From an uncultured Acidimicrobiales bacterium (lineage in GTDB: Bacteria > Actinomycetota > Acidimicrobiia > Acidimicrobiales > SZUA-35), in the NCBI GenBank assembly GCA_963717115.1, contig CAVQVO010000020.1, positions 1,158,357 through 1,222,356 of the forward strand: a stretch of DNA of 64,000 nucleotides, written 5' to 3'. Made by a program: the position numbers and the translations under genes. The notes below the pieces were generated by a model that made no database searches, had not been told where the DNA came from, and saw only the letters and a program-made list of their open reading frames with translations. Of this stretch, positions 46,435 through 55,864 are shown one piece after another; the first letter of the stretch is position 1; each line of letters begins with the position of its first letter.

Positions 46435-48597
46435 ATGTTGCTTCGACCCCGTGCTCTTCGAACCTCCGGCCGGCGTCGCACGCCGGCTGCGGTTCTCGCC
46501 CTCGTCATGACCGCCGGACTGCTCGCCGCCTCGTCACCCGCCGGCGCCGAGCTCGGAGCCCAGCCCACCAACGGTTGGGGCGTGGTCGGCGAGATCGCCG
46601 GCACCGAGACCAAGTCCATCAAGTCCGAGGTGTTCACGATCGAACAGATCGGGAACCGGATCTTCGTGGGCGGCAAGTTCACGACCGCCACCAATGGCGC
46701 CGTCAGCGAACCGCAGGCCGGCCTCGCGGCCTTCGATGCCACCACCGGCGCGTTCCTGTCGTCGTGGCGACCCCAGCTGAATGGCGCCGTCTACGCCCTC
46801 GAGGCCTCCCCCGACGGTTCCCGACTGTTCGTCGGTGGCGACTTCGAGACCTACAACGGTGTCAACACCGGCGGCCTCGTCGCCGTCGACCCCGCAACCG
46901 GGGCGATCGACACCACCTGGTCCGGCCGGGTCGGCGGCTACAACGTCGTGCGAGGGCTCGACAGCGGTCCCGACGGCTTCCTGTACGCCACCGGGGGCTT
47001 CACCTCGATCGCCTCTGCCGGCCAGGGCAGCGTCGCCTATCGGGTGGGACGCTTCGCCCTGTCGAACGGCGCCATCGACGGGACGTGGCAGCCGGTCATC
47101 CAGGGCGGCACGGTCTGGGGCATCGCCGCCAGCCCCGACACCAGTCGGGTCTATCTGGCCGGCACGTTCGCCACGTCCAACGGCGCCTTCGCCCAGCAGG
47201 GTTTCGCCGCCCTGTCGACGGTCGACGGTTCCAACGTCTCCGGCCTCGCCCCCGTGGCGTTCAACACCTCCAACGTCAACCGTCGATACCTCTACGACGT
47301 CGAGGTCGGCAACGGTCTGGTCTGGGTCGGTGGCAGCGAGCACTTCGTGCAGGCCCTCAACGAATCCGATCTCTCACTCGAGAAGTTCCACCTGGCGAGC
47401 CCGGTCGGCGATTTCCAGGACATCGAGATCGTCGGCGACCGGGTCTACGCCGGCTGCCACTGCCGCCTGGGCGCTCGCATGGACAGCTCCGACGGCGTGC
47501 TCTGGTACGCCAACCAGGGTCCGAGCGCGCCGATCACGGGGACCGCTCCGACCGGCTGGGTCACGGCCTTCGATGCCTTCACCGGCGAGCACGTCGACGA
47601 GTTCGTGGCGTCGTTCAACAGCCTGGGCCCGGGAGTCTGGGCCATCCACGGCTCTCCCGACGGCTGCGTCTGGTTCGGCGGCGACATCAGCGCCGCCGCC
47701 AACACGGCGATGAACAACCTGCTTCGCCTCTGCGAGGACGGAGGCAACCCGACCGACCTCGAGCGCCCGTCGACGCCGGGCAAGCCGCAGGTCACCGACG
47801 TCGGTCCGGCCTCGGTCACCGCGAACTGGACCCCGGCCACCGACAACGTCGGCGTCACCGGCTACCGGATCTACGACGACACCACCGGCAACGTGCTGCT
47901 CGACACCCCGGGCACCACCGGCACCATCAGCGGCCTCTCGGCCGGCACCTACCGGCTCTACACCAAGGCCTACGACGCCGCCGGCAACGAGAGCTACCGC
48001 AGCGGCATCCAAGCCGTCACCGTCACCGGAGCCGTCGTCGACCTCGAGCGCCCGTCGACGCCGGGCAAGCCGCAGGTCACCGACGTCGGTCCGGCCTCGG
48101 TCACCGCCAACTGGACCCCGGCCACCGACAACGTCGGCGTCACCGGCTACCGGATCTACGACGACACCACCGGCAACGTGCTGCTCGACACCCCGGGCAC
48201 CACCGGCACCATCAGCGGCCTCTCGGCCGGCACCTACCGGCTCTACACCAAGGCCTACGACGCCGCCGGCAACGAGAGCTACCGCAGCGGCATCCAAACC
48301 GTCACCGTCACCGGAGCCGTCGTCGACCTCGAGCGACCCTCGACCCCGACGGGCAACATGGTGCTCTCGGTCGTTGGCGCCACCGTCGACCTGGCGTGGA
48401 ACGCATCGACCGACAACGTCGGCGTGACGGGTTACCGCCTCTTCGACTCGGCCAACCAGCCCATCGTCGATGTGGCAGCGACGTCGGCGACCCTGAGCGG
48501 TCTGGCCCCCGGGAGCCACTCGGTGTACGTCAGGGCGTTCGACGCCGCCGGCAACCTGTCGTGGCGGTCGAACACGGTCACCGTCGTCGTCGGCTGA
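46435..48597 (+). CDS. secreted beta-propeller-repeat protein with three C-terminal fibronectin type III domains
   Basis: ORF 46381..48597, trimmed to MLLRPRALRTSGRRRTPAAVLALVMTAGLLAASSPAGA (signal, RRR). It has repeated ...GGxF...G...GLAAFD...G...W units, followed by 3 FN3-like units (WTPATDNVGVTGYRIY...YTKAYDAAGNES). Confidence 0.75.
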   Translation: MLLRPRALRTSGRRRTPAAVLALVMTAGLLAASSPAGAELGAQPTNGWGVVGEIAGTETKSIKSEVFTIEQIGNRIFVGGKFTTATNGAVSEPQAGLAAFDATTGAFLSSWRPQLNGAVYALEASPDGSRLFVGGDFETYNGVNTGGLVAVDPATGAIDTTWSGRVGGYNVVRGLDSGPDGFLYATGGFTSIASAGQGSVAYRVGRFALSNGAIDGTWQPVIQGGTVWGIAASPDTSRVYLAGTFATSNGAFAQQGFAALSTVDGSNVSGLAPVAFNTSNVNRRYLYDVEVGNGLVWVGGSEHFVQALNESDLSLEKFHLASPVGDFQDIEIVGDRVYAGCHCRLGARMDSSDGVLWYANQGPSAPITGTAPTGWVTAFDAFTGEHVDEFVASFNSLGPGVWAIHGSPDGCVWFGGDISAAANTAMNNLLRLCEDGGNPTDLERPSTPGKPQVTDVGPASVTANWTPATDNVGVTGYRIYDDTTGNVLLDTPGTTGTISGLSAGTYRLYTKAYDAAGNESYRSGIQAVTVTGAVVDLERPSTPGKPQVTDVGPASVTANWTPATDNVGVTGYRIYDDTTGNVLLDTPGTTGTISGLSAGTYRLYTKAYDAAGNESYRSGIQTVTVTGAVVDLERPSTPTGNMVLSVVGATVDLAWNASTDNVGVTGYRLFDSANQPIVDVAATSATLSGLAPGSHSVYVRAFDAAGNLSWRSNTVTVVVG
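47755..48324 (+). repeat. 2 x 285-bp near-identical tandem duplication (one FN3 domain each)
   Basis: Copy 1 is 47755..48039 and copy 2 is 48040..48324. By direct comparison I find only 2 mismatches (gcg/gcc, and gcc/acc giving A->T). Confidence 0.9.
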
Positions 48598-48636
48598 GCG
48601 AGTCAGCCGGCAGGCCGACCGGCGCGATGCGGCGAT

Positions 48637-49053
48637 TCAGCCGCAGCACGGCGGATCGGCAGGTACCCGCACCTCGTTCTCGATCTGGTCGGCGTCGCCG
48701 GTCTTGAGGTACCACTCCCAGCGCTGGTCGTCGGGGGCATCGACCCAGGTCTCGGTCTTCTCGGCGTAGCAGCAGATCGTGTCGGCGATGGCGGTCGGGT
48801 CGAGACCCTCGGCGAGGAGCCGGGCCTCGGCCTCGCTCACCTGTTCGACGGTGTCGGTCTCGACGCCGAGGTGGTTGATGGTCCCGCCCAGGTTCGCCGC
48901 GGACTGGAACAGCACCAGCTTGAGGGGCGGGTCGGTGATCGCGAAGTTCGCGTAGCCGTCGCGCACCTTGGCCGGCGGGGTGGCGAACATCTTCTCGTAG
49001 AACGCGATCGATTCGGCGAGGTTCGACACGTTCAGGGCCAGTTGGAGTCGCAT
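48637..49053 (-). CDS. ArsI/CadI-family VOC protein (vicinal Cys pair)
   Basis: 138 aa: MRLQLALNVSNLAESIAFYEKMF..., HLGVE, TICCYAEKTETWVDAPDDQRWEWY. The C-terminus is PPCCG. Confidence 0.75.
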   Translation of the reverse strand: MRLQLALNVSNLAESIAFYEKMFATPPAKVRDGYANFAITDPPLKLVLFQSAANLGGTINHLGVETDTVEQVSEAEARLLAEGLDPTAIADTICCYAEKTETWVDAPDDQRWEWYLKTGDADQIENEVRVPADPPCCG

Positions 49054-49097
49054 GGGAACTGCTTTCCGGATGGGGCCGTCGGGCCCGTCTCATTTCG

Positions 49098-49526
49098 ATG
49101 AACATCGATACGTTGACGGACGATTCGATATCTGTCAATATGTTTTTCGTGACCGACTCCCGTGCCTCGACCACCCCGGCCGGACCGCACCGATTGGATG
49201 GAGGGGATTGCTGCACGCCGTTGGCCGCCGGTCCACTCGACGAAGAGGCGGCCATCGAACTGGCGGCGGTCCTCAAGGCGGTTGCCGATCCCGTTCGTCT
49301 CCGCCTCCTGGCGCTGCTCGCCGCCGACGGCGGCACCGAGGTCTGCGCCTGCGACCTCCCGCTCGCCCTCGACCGGGCCCAACCCACGATCAGCCATCAC
49401 CTCACCCAGCTGGTCGGCGCCGGGCTCGTCGAGCGGGAACAGCGGGGCAAGTGGGCGTGGTTCCGGTTGACCCCGGGCGCTTTCGAGCGTCTCGGGTCGG
49501 TCTTCACCACCGCCACCCGCCGCTGA
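49098..49526 (+). CDS. arsR: ArsR/SmtB-family metalloregulator (CxC and N-terminal CC sites)
   Basis: 142-aa ORF with GGDCCTPL, EVCACDL and the HTH TISHHLTQLVGAGLV. The true start may be the in-frame GTG 49149, because 49098..49148 is the AT-rich promoter/operator patch. Confidence 0.85.
   Translation: MNIDTLTDDSISVNMFFVTDSRASTTPAGPHRLDGGDCCTPLAAGPLDEEAAIELAAVLKAVADPVRLRLLALLAADGGTEVCACDLPLALDRAQPTISHHLTQLVGAGLVEREQRGKWAWFRLTPGAFERLGSVFTTATRR
49113..49138. promoter_or_regulatory. 8-10-8 inverted repeat (TTGACGGA-N10-TCTGTCAA), candidate ArsR operator overlapping a TTGACG-N17-CAATAT promoter
   Basis: Read directly. It lies in the only AT-rich patch of the arsI-arsR divergent region. The -10-like hexamer ends 7 nt before GTG 49149. 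Confidence 0.4.
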
Positions 49527-49584
49527 ACCCCTCCGTTCTGGCGCGGGGCGGCCCCGAAACGCGGTCGAACGACGCCACAAGCGG

Positions 49585-50889
49585 TCAGCCGCGTGGGGGC
49601 GAACCGACCCGGGCGAAGACGGCCTTGAGGTAGGCGCCCTCGGCGAAGGAGACGGGATGGTCGAGCGCGTGACCGGTCTCGACGACGTCGTGGAGCACGT
49701 GACCGGCGTCGGACGCCGCATCGCGGACCGCAGCCGAGAACTCGGCGGCGCCGATCCGACTCGAACAGGAGGCCTGCACGAGCAGCCCACCGGGCTCGAT
49801 CAGCGGGAGGGCCAGGTGGGTGAGCCGGCGGTAGGCGCCGAGCGCCCGACCGACGTCACTCTGCTTGTGGGCGAACGAGGGCGGATCGACCACCACCAGG
49901 TCGAATCGTTCCCCCCGGTCGGCCATGGCGGCCATGGCCTCGAACGCGTCGACCACGGCGCTGGTGTGCACACAGGCGTCGGTGAGCGTTGCGTTGTGTG
50001 CCATGTTGCGCCCGGCCGTGGCGATCGCCTCGGGGGCGAGATCGACGCTGTGCACCGACCGGGCTCCCCCGGCTGCGGCATACACCGAGAACCCGCCCGT
50101 GCAGGCGAAGACGTCGAGGACCCGAGCGCCGGCGGCCAGAGCCCGTACTGCCTGCCGGTTGTCTCGCTGATCGAGGAAGTGGCCGGTCTTCTGCCCGGTG
50201 ACCGGGTGGGCCTCGAATCGCAGCCCGTTCTCGTGGAACAGGACCGGTTCGACGATCGTGGTCGCCGACGTGGTGAGCCGTCCGGCATCGTCGAGGGTGA
50301 CGGCGAGGCCCTGGCCGTCGGCCAGACCGTGGGTGTCGCCCCGCTGCACCGTGCGGGCGAGCCGGAACACGACCGAGTCGATCGTGATGCCCGCCGCTGC
50401 GCAGGCGGCGACGAGTTCGGGCAGGACGATGCCGAGATGGGGGATCCAGGCCGTGCTGTAGAGCTTCACGACGAGCGTCGTGGCGTAGCGGTCGGCGATC
50501 AGGCCGGGGACGCCGTCGTTCTCGCCGTTGAGGATCCGGTACCCCGTGGTCCGTCGGTCGCCGGCGAGGTCGGTGAGCGGCCGACGCCGGTCCACGGCCC
50601 GGTCGAAGGTCGCCCGCCACCAGGTTCGGTCGATCGACTGCGATTTACCGTGGTGGAGGATCCGGACCCGGATCGGCGAGTCGGGATCGTAGAGGCCGAT
50701 TGCCAGGAAGGCCCGCTTGCGGTCGAACACCACGGCCAGGTCCCCGGGCCGCCCCGACGAGGTGTCGGACGTGATGCCACCGTCGAAGAGCCAGGGATGG
50801 CCACGACGCAGCTCGCGTTCGGCCGCGGGCGTGACCTTCACGGCGAGCCGTTGCTCACGCACCGTAGGGAGCTGCTCGAAGGAGATCAC
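49585..50889 (-). CDS. class I SAM-dependent rRNA m5C methyltransferase, RlmI-like (PUA + MTase)
   Basis: 434 aa with ...RRGHPWLFDGGI... at the N-terminus and VLDVFACTGGFSVYAA as the SAM motif. Confidence 0.8.
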   Translation of the reverse strand: MISFEQLPTVREQRLAVKVTPAAERELRRGHPWLFDGGITSDTSSGRPGDLAVVFDRKRAFLAIGLYDPDSPIRVRILHHGKSQSIDRTWWRATFDRAVDRRRPLTDLAGDRRTTGYRILNGENDGVPGLIADRYATTLVVKLYSTAWIPHLGIVLPELVAACAAAGITIDSVVFRLARTVQRGDTHGLADGQGLAVTLDDAGRLTTSATTIVEPVLFHENGLRFEAHPVTGQKTGHFLDQRDNRQAVRALAAGARVLDVFACTGGFSVYAAAGGARSVHSVDLAPEAIATAGRNMAHNATLTDACVHTSAVVDAFEAMAAMADRGERFDLVVVDPPSFAHKQSDVGRALGAYRRLTHLALPLIEPGGLLVQASCSSRIGAAEFSAAVRDAASDAGHVLHDVVETGHALDHPVSFAEGAYLKAVFARVGSPPRG

Positions 50890-50966
50890 GATGGAACGCT
50901 AGGCCCGTCACCCGCCCGGCGCAGCCTCTTGGCGCGCACTCCTGCGGACCGAGTAGGTTCTGCGAT

Positions 50967-52073
50967 GTGACAAGCGCCACGCCCTCGCTCCGGATCGATC
51001 CCACCATTCCGCTGCTCGAGGTGTCGAACCTCCGCACCCACTTCCTGACCGCCGGAGGGCGGGTCCGAGCCGTCGACGACGTGTCGTTCTCGCTCGAACG
51101 GGGCAAGACCCTGGGCGTGGTCGGCGAATCGGGTTCCGGCAAGACCGTGCTCTCGCGCTCGATCATGAACCTGCTGCCCCGCCACAACGTGCACCGCGAA
51201 GGCAGTGTCCGCTTCGAGGGCGAGGAACTCCTGGGCCGATCCGACAAGGAGATGCGGTCGATCTGGGGCAAGGAACTGGCGATGATCTTCCAGGATCCGA
51301 TGTCGTCGCTCAATCCGGTCATGAAGATCGGCAAGCAGATCACCGAGTCGCTGCGGCTCCATCTCGGCATCGATCGCAAAGAGGCGAAGCTCGTCGCCGT
51401 CCAGCTCCTCCGCTCGGTCAACATTCCCGAGCCCGAGAAGCGCTTCGACGAGTTCCCCCATCAGCTGTCGGGCGGCATGCGGCAGCGGGTGATGATCGCG
51501 GTGGCGATGGCGTGCGGCCCGAAGCTGCTCTTCGCCGACGAGCCGACCACCGCACTCGACGTGACCGTGCAGGCCCAGATCCTGAACCTGTTGCAGGATC
51601 AGCAGACCGAGCGCTTCATGGCCATGGTGCTCGTCACCCACGACCTCGGCGTCGTTGCCGGCCGCACCGACGAGATCGCCGTGATGTACGGCGGTCGTCT
51701 CGCCGAGAAGGCGCCGACCAACTCGCTGTTCGTCAACATGAAGCACCCCTACACCCAGGCCCTGCTCCGCTCGATCCCCCGGGTCGAGAACCCGAGCCAC
51801 ACCCGCCTGCAGGTGATCGGCGGGCGCCCGCCCGACCTGATCAACCCGCCGAAGGGTTGCCCGTTCAGCCTCCGCTGCCCGTATGTGCAGGCCCGCTGCC
51901 ACGAGGAGCGGCCCGAACTCACCCCGGCCGCCGTGCCCGGTCACGACTTCGCCTGTCACTTCCCGTTGGGCACGCCCGAGAACGAGGCGGCCCTCGAGGC
52001 CAACCTGGCGGCCGGGCTGCCCCAGACGCTGGCCTCGGTCGAAGGCGCCGGCATCGGCGTCGACATCTCCTGA
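50967..52073 (+). CDS. oligopeptide/dipeptide ABC transporter ATP-binding protein (OppD/DppD-like)
   Basis: 368 aa, GTG start, with [26 protein letters not shown] and the C-terminal oligopeptide-type CPF..RCP motif. Confidence 0.85.
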   Translation: MTSATPSLRIDPTIPLLEVSNLRTHFLTAGGRVRAVDDVSFSLERGKTLGVVGESGSGKTVLSRSIMNLLPRHNVHREGSVRFEGEELLGRSDKEMRSIWGKELAMIFQDPMSSLNPVMKIGKQITESLRLHLGIDRKEAKLVAVQLLRSVNIPEPEKRFDEFPHQLSGGMRQRVMIAVAMACGPKLLFADEPTTALDVTVQAQILNLLQDQQTERFMAMVLVTHDLGVVAGRTDEIAVMYGGRLAEKAPTNSLFVNMKHPYTQALLRSIPRVENPSHTRLQVIGGRPPDLINPPKGCPFSLRCPYVQARCHEERPELTPAAVPGHDFACHFPLGTPENEAALEANLAAGLPQTLASVEGAGIGVDIS

Positions 52074-52169
52074 CGACCCGAGCCGCCCGCGAGGTGGAGC
52101 GGCCGGGTGCCGGAAACGGCACTCCCATGCACCAATTCGCCGAACGGTCCCGAGGGTCGGCGGCGTCCG

Positions 52170-53549
52170 TCAGCGAATGTCGACCGGCACCCCGGAGGCG
52201 ACGTGCCAGTCGTTGGCACCGAGCGGGAAGTGACAGGCCGCGAAGTGGCCGTCCTGGTGTTGCTCGATGATCGGTTCGATCTCGGCGCACATCGCGGCGG
52301 CCCGTGGACAGCGGGTGCGGAACCGGCACCCCGACGGGGGTGCGATCGGCGAGGGCAGCTCCCCGGTGATCGTGTCGGCCGACCGGGGATCGACCAGGGG
52401 GTCGGGCACCGGGATCGCCGACATCAGCACCTGGGTGTAGGGGTGACGGGGTCGTGAGTACAGCTCGTCGGGATGGCCGACCTCGCACACCTTGCCCAGG
52501 TACATCACCGCCACCCGGTCCGAGACGTTCTTCACCACGGCCAGGTCGTGGGCGATGAACACCAGCGAGATCCCGTAGCGGGCCTTCAGGTCCTCCAGGA
52601 GGTTGAGCACCTGGGCCTGGACCGACACGTCGAGCGCCGACACCGGCTCGTCACAGATGATCACCTTGGGCTCGAGGATCAAGGCCCGGGCGATCGAGAT
52701 GCGCTGGGCCTGCCCGCCGGAGAACTCGTGCGGGTGTTTGGGCATCGCCGTCTCGGCGTCGACCCCGACGTCGTCGAGGACCTTCTTCACGCGCTCTCGG
52801 GCGTCGGCATCGAATGCGGACCGCTGGCTCCGCATCTTGAGCATCCTCGGGACGGCGAAGAACGGCATCAGCACGACCAGCAACAGCCACACCGCCGACG
52901 TGGCGGCGATCAGGGCCGCCGCCGGCGCCAGGACGGCGAGACCACCGATCATCACCCAGGTGCCGAGCGTGCTCAGCCCGTTGCCCGAGCCATCGGACGA
53001 GGCGGTACCGGCCACGTAGGCCACCATGCCGACGAAGAAGGCGACGACGCCGATCTTGGCGGTGAGCACGACCAGGCGATGCTTCCACCACCGCATCATG
53101 GACGGGACGTAGTCCTCCCACAGGCGGGCGGGCAGGGTCCGGGGGAAGCCCTCGATCCAGCGGATCACCAGGGGCTCCGACACGATCTCGGCGATCGTTC
53201 GACGGGGGTTGAGCGACGAGATCGGGTCCTGGAAGATCATCTGGAGGCGACCGCGGGCGTCGCGCAGTTCCTCGGCGTCGAGGCTCGCCATGTCGATCCC
53301 GTTGAGCATGACCCGGCCCGACGTCGGCGGTGGAACCCGCATGATGGCCTTGCCGGTGGTCGACTTGCCGCAGCCCGACTCGCCGACGATGCCGAGCGTC
53401 TCACCGGGCAGCAGGTCGACACTGACATCGGAGACCGCATGCACCTTGAGTCCGGTGTTGCCGATCGGGAACTCGACGGTCAGGTGCTCGACCCGCAGGA
53501 CCGGGTCGTCGCCGACCTCTCGCAGGTGAGCGGTTCCGGAGCCGGCCAT
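52170..53549 (-). CDS. OppF/DppF-like ABC ATP-binding protein carrying a ~120-aa hydrophobic insertion inside the NBD
   Basis: Last 459 aa of ORF 52170..53894, from MAGSGTAHL. It has GESGCGKST, MIFQDP, then the insertion, then HEFSGGQAQR, ICDEPVSALD, IAHDL and CRFRTRCP. Confidence 0.8.
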   Translation of the reverse strand: MAGSGTAHLREVGDDPVLRVEHLTVEFPIGNTGLKVHAVSDVSVDLLPGETLGIVGESGCGKSTTGKAIMRVPPPTSGRVMLNGIDMASLDAEELRDARGRLQMIFQDPISSLNPRRTIAEIVSEPLVIRWIEGFPRTLPARLWEDYVPSMMRWWKHRLVVLTAKIGVVAFFVGMVAYVAGTASSDGSGNGLSTLGTWVMIGGLAVLAPAAALIAATSAVWLLLVVLMPFFAVPRMLKMRSQRSAFDADARERVKKVLDDVGVDAETAMPKHPHEFSGGQAQRISIARALILEPKVIICDEPVSALDVSVQAQVLNLLEDLKARYGISLVFIAHDLAVVKNVSDRVAVMYLGKVCEVGHPDELYSRPRHPYTQVLMSAIPVPDPLVDPRSADTITGELPSPIAPPSGCRFRTRCPRAAAMCAEIEPIIEQHQDGHFAACHFPLGANDWHVASGVPVDIR

Positions 53550-54487
53550 CAGATCCCACTTTCGCGGATGTCGGTGATCTCCCGAACCTTGTCGCCCAGG
53601 TAGTTGAGGGCGAGGATCGTGATGAACATGAAGAGCGACGGGAAGAGCACCATGTGCGGCGCCTCGGACAGGCGATCGCGCCCGTTCTGGATCATGATCC
53701 CCCACGAGATGCCGCGGACGTCGCCGACACCGAGGAAGGCGAGCGACGCCTCGACCACGATCAGCACGGCCACCCCGATGAAGGCGAAGGCGAACATCGA
53801 GGGCAGGACGTTCGGGAGGATCTCGCGCAACATGATGCGCATGTTGCGGGCCCCGAGCGTGCGGGAGGCGAGCACGAACTCGCGATCGGCCCACACCATG
53901 GTCTGGGCCCTGGCCACCCGGGAGATCGACGGGATCGACAGGATCGACAGCGCCACCGCCGCCCAGATGGTCTTCGACATGCTCGACGAGTCGGGTGGCG
54001 CCAGGAAGGTCACCAGGGCCAGCGCCAGCACCAACGCCGGCACCGACAGGATGATGTTGACGACGGCGCTCAGCGTCTGGTCGACGCCCCCCTTGTAGAA
54101 GCCCGAGATCAGTCCGACCATGCCACCGAGGGTGAGTCCGGCGAACGTGGCGGCGAACGCCACCGAGAGCGACCGGAAGGCCCCGTAGATGGTTCGGCTG
54201 AACACGTCCTTGCCGATGTTGTCGGCGCCGAACCAGTGCGCCGAGGACGGCCCGGTCCGCGAAACCCCCCGGAAGGTCTCGTCGGGGTCCTTCAGGAACG
54301 GCAGCAGACCCATGCGGGCGGCGATGCTCGACAGGATCAGCAGCGCCATCCAGCCGACGGCGAGCCAGAAGACCAGGCCGAGTTCCTTGCGCTGGAACTC
54401 GCCGCCCTCGTGGCGAGGCTCGTCGAGGAGCGGGTCGGGAAGGGTGGTCGGCGGGGCGGTTCCGCCCTCGACGTCGGCATCAAGCAT
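53549..54487 (-). CDS. oligopeptide ABC transporter permease (OppC/DppC-like)
   Basis: 312 aa, intact, with a BPD-transporter EAA-like region. It has an ATGA overlap with oppF. Confidence 0.85.
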   Translation of the reverse strand: MLDADVEGGTAPPTTLPDPLLDEPRHEGGEFQRKELGLVFWLAVGWMALLILSSIAARMGLLPFLKDPDETFRGVSRTGPSSAHWFGADNIGKDVFSRTIYGAFRSLSVAFAATFAGLTLGGMVGLISGFYKGGVDQTLSAVVNIILSVPALVLALALVTFLAPPDSSSMSKTIWAAVALSILSIPSISRVARAQTMVWADREFVLASRTLGARNMRIMLREILPNVLPSMFAFAFIGVAVLIVVEASLAFLGVGDVRGISWGIMIQNGRDRLSEAPHMVLFPSLFMFITILALNYLGDKVREITDIRESGI

Positions 54488-55617
54488 TTCGGATCCTCGG
54501 GTCGAGTACGGCGTACAGGAGGTCGACGAAGAAGTTGATCAACACGAAGCCGACGGCGATCACGACCACCACCCCCTGGACGACCAGGAAGTCCTTCGAG
54601 AAGATCGCCGTAGCCAGGTAGGTCCCGAGGCCGGGCAGCGAGAACAGGGTCTCGATGATCAGGGTTCCCCCGATCAGCGCTGCGGTGTTGATGCCGAGCA
54701 CGGTGAGCAGGGTGAAGCTCGAGGGCCGGAGGGCGTGGGCCCACAGGATCCGGGTCGTCGACACACCCTTGGCCTTGGCCGTGGTGATGAAGTTCTCCTG
54801 CAGGGTCGAGATCATGTCGGAGCGCAGGAGTCGCATGTAGGTCGCCGCCTGCCCCATCGACAGCGCGATCGTGGGTAACAGCATCTGCTTGAAATGGGCC
54901 CACGGGTTCTCGGTGAAGGGCACGTAGCTGGCCCGCGACACCGTGGCCGGGAACCAGTCGACACCCAGGTCGACCCCGAACACGTTGAGGCCCCCCAACG
55001 CAAAGGTCAGGATCAGCACCACCGCCAGCACGAAGTTCGGGATCGACAAGAACCCGAGCGCCACGGTGCTCGAGCCGCGGTCGGCGGCCGAGCCCTGGCG
55101 GTAGGCGGCATAGACGCCGATGGGGACGGCGATCAGCAGCGACATCAGCGTGGCGTAGAACATCAGCTGCAGCGAGATCGGGATGGCGTTGGTGATGCCC
55201 TCGCTGACGGGCCGGCTCAGGAACGGCGACACGCCGAGGTCTCCCTGCACGGCGTCGCTCAGCCACAGCAGGTAGCGCTGGTGCAAGCGGTTCGTTGAGG
55301 TGGAGGTCTTCCATGATCTCGGCCACCGACGCCTCGGTGGCCGAGGGGCCGAGGATGTTGAAGGCGATGTCTTCGGGATTGCCCCGTCCGTTCTGCAGGT
55401 AGAAGGTGAACAGGGTGACGAGGAAGAGGGTCGGCACCAGGGCCACGAGGCGGCGGATCACGTAGGTGCCGTTCACGTAGGTGGCACCGGCGACGAGGAT
55501 CACGAACACGACCAGCAACAGCCACAGGTAGGAGACCCCGGCCAGGCGGCCCAGGATCAGGACCAGTGCGCTCCCGCCGATGGTCAGGAGTCCTGGGCTC
55601 TTCAACGCCTCTGGCAC
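54480..55617 (-). pseudogene. oligopeptide ABC transporter permease (OppB/DppB-like) with one frameshift near 55284
   Basis: The N-terminus lies in ORF 54337..55707, from GTG 55617 (VPEALKS...YVIRRLVALVPTLFLVTL...IMEDLHLNEPL). The remainder (HQRYLLWLSDAVQGDLGVS...) lies in ORF 54480..55286. Confidence 0.75.
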
Positions 55618-55789
55618 GTGGTCCCCTCTCGTTCCGGTCTCGGTCGGTGCGACACATCCCCCGGTCGATTTGTGCCGACCGTCACACCAGCGGAAAGGTA
55701 GGCCCAAACCCGCCGACGCTCAAGTCGGGCCCCGACCGATCGGTACGGCAACGGTCAGGCGACGACGCCGTGACGACTCGGGCCCCGAA

Positions 55790-55817
55790 TTGACAGCCCC
55801 GACACACGACCTATTGT
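55790..55817 (+). promoter_or_regulatory. candidate promoter TTGACA-N16-TATTGT with overlapping inverted repeat GACACA-N8-TGTGTC (55801..55820)
   Basis: Read directly in the oppB/SBP divergent region. It is followed by a leader hairpin CTCGTCAC-AGCTC-GTGACGAG (55822..55842). Confidence 0.3.
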
Positions 55818-55864
55818 GTCGCTCGTCACAGCTCGTGACGAGGATCCGAGGGGAGACGTTCCAC

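Noticed and set aside
47755-48324. I considered the regular direct repeats at 47.7-48.3 kb, 6.8 kb and 29.8 kb as a possible CRISPR array.
   Set aside because: All are in-frame coding tandem repeats without unique spacers, and there are no cas genes in the window.
50967-55617. I considered the unusual layout of the opp genes (oppD on the plus strand, convergent with oppF-oppC-oppB) as evidence of an inversion or mobile insertion.
   Set aside because: There are no repeats, tRNA, or recombinase genes at the junction (52074..52169). Convergent placement alone is insufficient evidence.
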